Positions 57,925 through 62,245 of a stretch of DNA of 62,245 nucleotides are shown one piece after another. The position numbers and the translations under genes were made by a program. Source of the stretch: Thermoleophilia bacterium (GTDB lineage Bacteria; Actinomycetota; Thermoleophilia; Gaiellales; JAICJC01); assembly GCA_025928655.1 (NCBI GenBank), contig JAICJC010000004.1, positions 1 to 62,245 on the forward strand, written 5' to 3'. The notes under the pieces are model-generated. The model was not told where the DNA came from. It ran no database searches and was given only the letters and a program-made list of their open reading frames with translations. How positions within the stretch are numbered: position 1 is the first letter of the stretch; every line of letters starts with the position of its first letter.

Positions 57925-58680
57925 ATGGAGGAGCTGATTTTGGCGTGGTACAGCCGAAACCGCGTGGATCTTCCGTGGAGAGAAACCCACGATCCGTACG
58001 CGATCTTGGTGTCTGAAGTCATGCTGCAGCAGACCCAGGTCTCGCGGGCCGTCCCCCGCTACCTGGCGTGGCTCGAGCGCTGGCCGACGGTCGAGGCGCT
58101 CGCGGCGGCGCGGCCGGCCGACGTCATCACCGAGTGGGCGGGCATGGGCTACAACCGGCGGGCGGTGTTCCTGCACCGCTGCGCGATCGCGGTGACGGAG
58201 ATGGGCGGCTTCCCGCGCGAGCCGGAGGAGCTGCGGCGGCTGCCCGGGGTGGGGCCGTACACGGCGGCGGCGATCGCCTGCTTCGCATTCGACGCCCAGG
58301 TGGCGGCCCCTGACACGAACGCAAAGCGCGTCCTCGAACGGGCCTTCGGCGACGCCGACCTGGCGCCGCCGCCGGGCCTGGCGTACGAGTGGAACCAGGC
58401 CCTCTTCGACCTCGGCCGCGAGGTCTGCATCGCCCGCCGGCCGCGGTGCGAGGTCTGCCCGCTCGCAGATGGGTGCCCCTCGCGCGGCCGCACGTACGCG
58501 CCGCTGCGCAAGCAGTCGCGATTCGAGGGCTCGTTCCGCCAGCGCCGGGCCGAGCTGCTGCGCGCGATCGCCGCGGCCGGCTCGCTCCCCGACGCCGACG
58601 CGGACACGGAGGCGCTCGTCTCGCTCGTGCGCGACGGCCTGGCAGAGGTATCGGGCGGCTACGCCCGGCTGCCGGCGTGA
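57925..58680 (+). CDS. mutY: A/G-specific adenine glycosylase, short form
   Basis: LPWR, VSEVMLQQTQV, LPGVGPYTA, DTN, C-x6-C-x2-C-x5-C. Confidence 0.85.
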   Translation: MEELILAWYSRNRVDLPWRETHDPYAILVSEVMLQQTQVSRAVPRYLAWLERWPTVEALAAARPADVITEWAGMGYNRRAVFLHRCAIAVTEMGGFPREPEELRRLPGVGPYTAAAIACFAFDAQVAAPDTNAKRVLERAFGDADLAPPPGLAYEWNQALFDLGREVCIARRPRCEVCPLADGCPSRGRTYAPLRKQSRFEGSFRQRRAELLRAIAAAGSLPDADADTEALVSLVRDGLAEVSGGYARLPA

Positions 58681-58709
58681 ATACCCCGGTGCCTGGCACC
58701 GGTTATTCA
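58678..58709. repeat. REP-like palindrome CCGGTGCCTGGCACCGG
   Basis: Same unit as the B repeats at 16.65-16.89 kb; supplies or overlaps both convergent stop codons. Confidence 0.75.
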
Positions 58710-59395
58710 GCGAGGAGCTTCGTCACCAGGGCGTCCAGGCCGGCCAGGGACGGGAGCTCGGCGTCGGGCGAGTACCCCTCCGGCAGCGGGATGCCGGCGC
58801 GGTTGATCCACACCGCCTTCATGCCGACCGCCTGGGCGCCGGCGATGTCGGTGTCGAGGCCGTCGCCGACGTGCACCCACCGGGCCGGGTTGCCGCCGCA
58901 CAGCTCAATCGCATGCCGGAACGGCGCCGCCGCCGGCTTCATCTCGCCGATCTGCTCGGCGTGGACGATGAACGCGAACCGGCGCGCCACCGGCAGCTCG
59001 GCGAACGGGAAGTTGCCGTTCGTGATCGCGCCCAGCACCCGGCCGGAGGCGACGAGCGCGTCGAGCTCCGGCTCGACGTCGTCGTGGAGGCGCACCGTCG
59101 CCGGCCGGGCCGCCATCCAGGCCTCGACCATCCACCCGGGCAGGTCGGGATCGTCCAGGTCATGGGTCGCTAGGATCCGGCGGAAGGACTCGAGCCGCAG
59201 CTCGAGGTAGGTGCCCTCGCGCTCCTCCGCCACCCGCTGCCGCTCCTCGTGCAGCCGCTCCACCGTGATCAGGCCCGCGACCGCGGGATGGCGCTCCTCG
59301 AGCGCGGCGATGGCGGCCGCGAGCGAGCCGTCCATCATCGGCATGAACGCCCACAGCGTCTCGTCGAGGTCGAACGAGACGACCGCCGCCGTCAT
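58703..59395 (-). CDS. HAD-superfamily hydrolase
   Basis: FDLDETL, ITNGN, KP, HVGD..DTD. Confidence 0.88.
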   Translation of the reverse strand: MTAAVVSFDLDETLWAFMPMMDGSLAAAIAALEERHPAVAGLITVERLHEERQRVAEEREGTYLELRLESFRRILATHDLDDPDLPGWMVEAWMAARPATVRLHDDVEPELDALVASGRVLGAITNGNFPFAELPVARRFAFIVHAEQIGEMKPAAAPFRHAIELCGGNPARWVHVGDGLDTDIAGAQAVGMKAVWINRAGIPLPEGYSPDAELPSLAGLDALVTKLLAE

Positions 59396-59886
59396 GCCGC
59401 CTTCCGCAGCAGGGCGACGGCCTGGCAGGCGGCGCCCTCGCCGCGACCCGCAAAGCCGAGATGGTCGGTGGTGGACGCCCGCACGGTCACGCGCGCGCGG
59501 TCGGCGCCGAGGGCGGCGGCCAGGCACTCGCGCATCGCGTCGCGGTGCGGCGCCAGGCGGGGGGCCTGCATGATGACGATCGCGTCGACGTTCACGAGCG
59601 CCCAGCCGGATGCCCGCACCCGCTCCCACGCCCGGCCGAGCAGGGCGATGCTGGACGCGCCCGCAAGCGCGGGATTGTCAGACGGGAACAGGTGGCCGAT
59701 GTCCTCCATCCCGGCCGCGCCGAGGAGCGCGTCGGTGACGGCGTGGCTGACCAGGTCGGCGTCGGAGTGGCCCTCGAGCCCCCGCTCGGCGGGGATCGTG
59801 ACGCCGGCCAGCACGAGCGGCCGCCCCGCGGTGAACGCGTGCGCGTCGAAGCCGATGCCCACCCGCAGGTCGTCGCCGGGCGTCAC
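59392..59886 (-). CDS. ispF: 2-C-methyl-D-erythritol 2,4-cyclodiphosphate synthase
   Basis: RVGIGFDAH, GHSDAD, DIGHLFP, GRGEG. Confidence 0.93.
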   Translation of the reverse strand: MTPGDDLRVGIGFDAHAFTAGRPLVLAGVTIPAERGLEGHSDADLVSHAVTDALLGAAGMEDIGHLFPSDNPALAGASSIALLGRAWERVRASGWALVNVDAIVIMQAPRLAPHRDAMRECLAAALGADRARVTVRASTTDHLGFAGRGEGAACQAVALLRKAA

Positions 59887-60560
59887 TCGAATCGGTCCTC
59901 CGCCCGGGCCAGATCGTCGGGTGTCGTGATCTTCTCGTTGCCGGCCTCGCCGTTCACCGCCGCGACGGCGAAGCCGGCCGCCTCGACCAGCGAGGCGCAG
60001 TCCGTCGCCCCGCGCAAGGCATCGGACGAGCCGGAGAACGCCTGCCGCAGCGCCGCCGCCCGGAAGGCCTGGGGCGTCTGCACCGCGCGCAACTCGCCCC
60101 GGTCGAGCGTCTCGGCCACGACGCCTTCGCGCACCCGCTTCACCGTGTCGGTCACGGGCAGCGCCGGGATCGCGCCGTCGTGCTCCCCGAGGGCCGCCAG
60201 CACCCGGTCGACCAGCTCCGCCGAGGCGAAGGGCCGGGCGGCATCGTGCACCAGGATCGCCTCCGCGTCGGCCGCCACCTGGGCCAGGCCGGCGGCGACG
60301 GAGAGCGCGCGGGTCTCGCCGCCCGGGACGGCCGCCGCCACCTTCCCGGCCGCGAGCTCGTCGGCGAGCAGCGAGGCCGGTTCGTCCCACCCGGCCGGGA
60401 CCACAAGCACCATCCGGTCGACGGCCGGGTGATCCTCGAAGAGGTCGATCGAACGCGCGAGGAGCGGACGCCCGGCGAGCCGCACGAACGCCTTCGGCAC
60501 ATCGGCGCCCAAGCGCGTGCCCTCGCCGCCGGCAACCACGATCGCCCAGGTCGGGCTCAT
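59883..60560 (-). CDS. ispD: 2-C-methyl-D-erythritol 4-phosphate cytidylyltransferase
   Basis: AGGEGTRLG..PK, GGETR, VHDAARP, VQTPQ, KITTPDD. Confidence 0.93.
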   Translation of the reverse strand: MSPTWAIVVAGGEGTRLGADVPKAFVRLAGRPLLARSIDLFEDHPAVDRMVLVVPAGWDEPASLLADELAAGKVAAAVPGGETRALSVAAGLAQVAADAEAILVHDAARPFASAELVDRVLAALGEHDGAIPALPVTDTVKRVREGVVAETLDRGELRAVQTPQAFRAAALRQAFSGSSDALRGATDCASLVEAAGFAVAAVNGEAGNEKITTPDDLARAEDRFE

Positions 60561-61618
60561 CCCGCGTCCGGGCTCGCGTTCACCTTGGTGAAGATCATCT
60601 TGCCCGACGGCGACTGCAGCACCGAGGTCACCTCCACCGCGGCCGTCTCGCCCAGCATCCGCCGGCCGCCCTCGACCACCACCATGGTGCCGTCGTCGAG
60701 GTAGCCGACGCCCTGGTCGTGCTCCTTGCCCTCGCGGATCACGCGGACGTCGAACGACTCACCCGGGAGCACCGCCGGCTTCAGCGCGTTCGCGAGCTCG
60801 TTCACGTTCAACACGACGACGTCCTGGATCCGGGCCAGCCGGTTCAGGTTGAAGTCGGTGGTGAGGATGCGGAGCCCGCGATCCTTGGCCAGCTTGAGCA
60901 GCTTGGCGTCGACGTCGTCGAGCTCGGGGAAGTCGACGTCGGGCGTCGTCACGGTCACCTCGGACCGCAGCCCCTGCACCACCTCGAGCCCGCGGCGGCC
61001 GCGGGCCCGCTTCAGCGAATCGCCCGAATCGGCGACGTGCTGGAGCTCGCGCAGCACGAACTCGGGCACGACCAGCTCGTCCTTGAGGAAGCCGGTGCGC
61101 ACGATGTCGGCGATCCGCCCGTCGATGATCGCGCTCGTGTCGACGAGCGTCACGAAGCCGGGCGGCTCGGCCTCCGTGCCCGGCTCAGCGGTTGCGTGCA
61201 CGCCGACCAGGCGCAGGATGCCGCGGTACTTCTTGGCCGCGGTGAAGGCGAAGAGGTAGCCCACCACCAGGAACAGCGGCAGGATCACCCACTTGCCGAT
61301 GTACGGCAGCGTGTGGACCGGGAACCACAGGAGCGCGGACACGAGCAGCCCCACCAGGAGGCCGATCGCGGCAACTGTCAGCTCGCCCGCGCTGCGGGTC
61401 TGGGCGGCCCGCTCGACCCTCTTGAACCCGCGCACCAGCCCCTTGCCGACGAGGCCCCCCACCATCCACCCGACGGCGAAGACGAGGAAGACGACGACGG
61501 CGAAGGCGGGGTACGCGTAAGAAGCCTGATAACGATCTTCGAGATTAAGAGACAACCCCGCCTGGATGGCACCCAGGATGCCCAAGAGGGACAAGACGAT
61601 CCGGGTTGAGACCACCAT
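60557..61618 (-). CDS. Membrane PIN/TRAM domain protein (YacL-like)
   Basis: DTSAIIDGRI, TTDFNL, QGVGYLDDGTMVVVE. Confidence 0.9.
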   Translation of the reverse strand: MVVSTRIVLSLLGILGAIQAGLSLNLEDRYQASYAYPAFAVVVFLVFAVGWMVGGLVGKGLVRGFKRVERAAQTRSAGELTVAAIGLLVGLLVSALLWFPVHTLPYIGKWVILPLFLVVGYLFAFTAAKKYRGILRLVGVHATAEPGTEAEPPGFVTLVDTSAIIDGRIADIVRTGFLKDELVVPEFVLRELQHVADSGDSLKRARGRRGLEVVQGLRSEVTVTTPDVDFPELDDVDAKLLKLAKDRGLRILTTDFNLNRLARIQDVVVLNVNELANALKPAVLPGESFDVRVIREGKEHDQGVGYLDDGTMVVVEGGRRMLGETAAVEVTSVLQSPSGKMIFTKVNASPDAG

Positions 61619-61699
61619 CGTCTGCTCCTCTCTACAACCGTCGCACCCGGCGCCGGATAGGCGGTCAGCCGCCCGGCCTGGGTGCTTGCACGATCCTGG

Positions 61700-62206
61700 C
61701 TACGCCCGCGCCTTGCGGGCCTCGCCGATCTCCTCGAGCACCTCCTCCAGGAACTCGCGCGCCTCGTCCTCGTCCATGTTCTTCGCGTACATCAGCTCGC
61801 TGGCGAGGATGCGCTTGGCCTTCGAGAACATCTGCTTCTCACCGGTGGAGAGTCCCTTCTCCTGGTCGCGCTGCGCGAGGTTGCGAACGACCTCGGCCAT
61901 CTCGAAGATGTCACCGGTCTTCATCTTGTCGCGGTTGTGCTTGAAGCGGCGGTTCCAGTTCTTCGGCATCTTGGTGCCGTCGCCCTGGAGGACGGTGAGG
62001 ACCTCCTCGACGGTCTCCTCACCGATCACCTTGCGCAGACCGACCCGCTCCGCGCTGTCCAGCGGAATCGTGACGGTCATGTCGTTGTGCAGGATCTGGA
62101 TCGTCAGATACTCCCGATCCTTGTCCCCGACGACACGCATGTCCCTGCTTGTGATCGTCCCAGCCCCATGATGGGGGTACACGACCTTGTCGCCAACCTC
62201 ATACAA
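61700..62206 (-). CDS. carD: CarD family transcription factor
   Basis: VGDKVVYPHHGAG, NWNRRFK, EVVRNL. Confidence 0.92.
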   Translation of the reverse strand: MYEVGDKVVYPHHGAGTITSRDMRVVGDKDREYLTIQILHNDMTVTIPLDSAERVGLRKVIGEETVEEVLTVLQGDGTKMPKNWNRRFKHNRDKMKTGDIFEMAEVVRNLAQRDQEKGLSTGEKQMFSKAKRILASELMYAKNMDEDEAREFLEEVLEEIGEARKARA

Positions 62207-62245
62207 AAGTCGCTCGACCTCCTCGGCAAAAATGCGCCTGCACGC

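Noticed and set aside
60557-61618. PIN toxin as the partner nuclease of rtcB
   Set aside because: It is the conserved YacL-like gene in the standard carD-ispD-ispF neighbourhood, with no link to either rtcB

Overview
High-GC actinobacterial-type chromosomal window (leaderless TANNNT promoters, MMPL, LAL regulator, carD-PIN/TRAM-ispD-ispF). It holds about 50 CDS, two non-canonical tRNA genes and a family of short palindromic REP-like repeats; no CRISPR, integrase or transposase was seen. Main blocks in order: cyclase-REC-LuxR fusion and broken photolyase (1-2.8 kb); GntR-linked glycerol-kinase/FAD-oxidoreductase/permease operon (6-14 kb); cydAB; amidohydrolase-Rieske pair; canonical rtcB; CarH-like B12 photoreceptor with a visible operator and divergent operon (25-30.6 kb); CDF and P-type ATPase; RsbQ/RsbP-like pair; polysaccharide cluster (38-58 kb); housekeeping genes at the end. 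Two candidates for an undescribed system stand out. (1) A sigma70-type promoter drives two tandem uORF/antiterminator/terminator attenuators ahead of tRNA-Asp, tRNA-Glu and rtcB (18.4-20.4 kb), which looks like a translation-stress-gated tRNA rescue operon. (2) A second, strongly diverged RtcB-fold protein with intact-looking catalytic residues is translationally coupled between two kinase-like genes inside the polysaccharide cluster, possibly repurposed to make glycan phosphodiesters. All protein calls come from motif recognition by eye, not from database searches.
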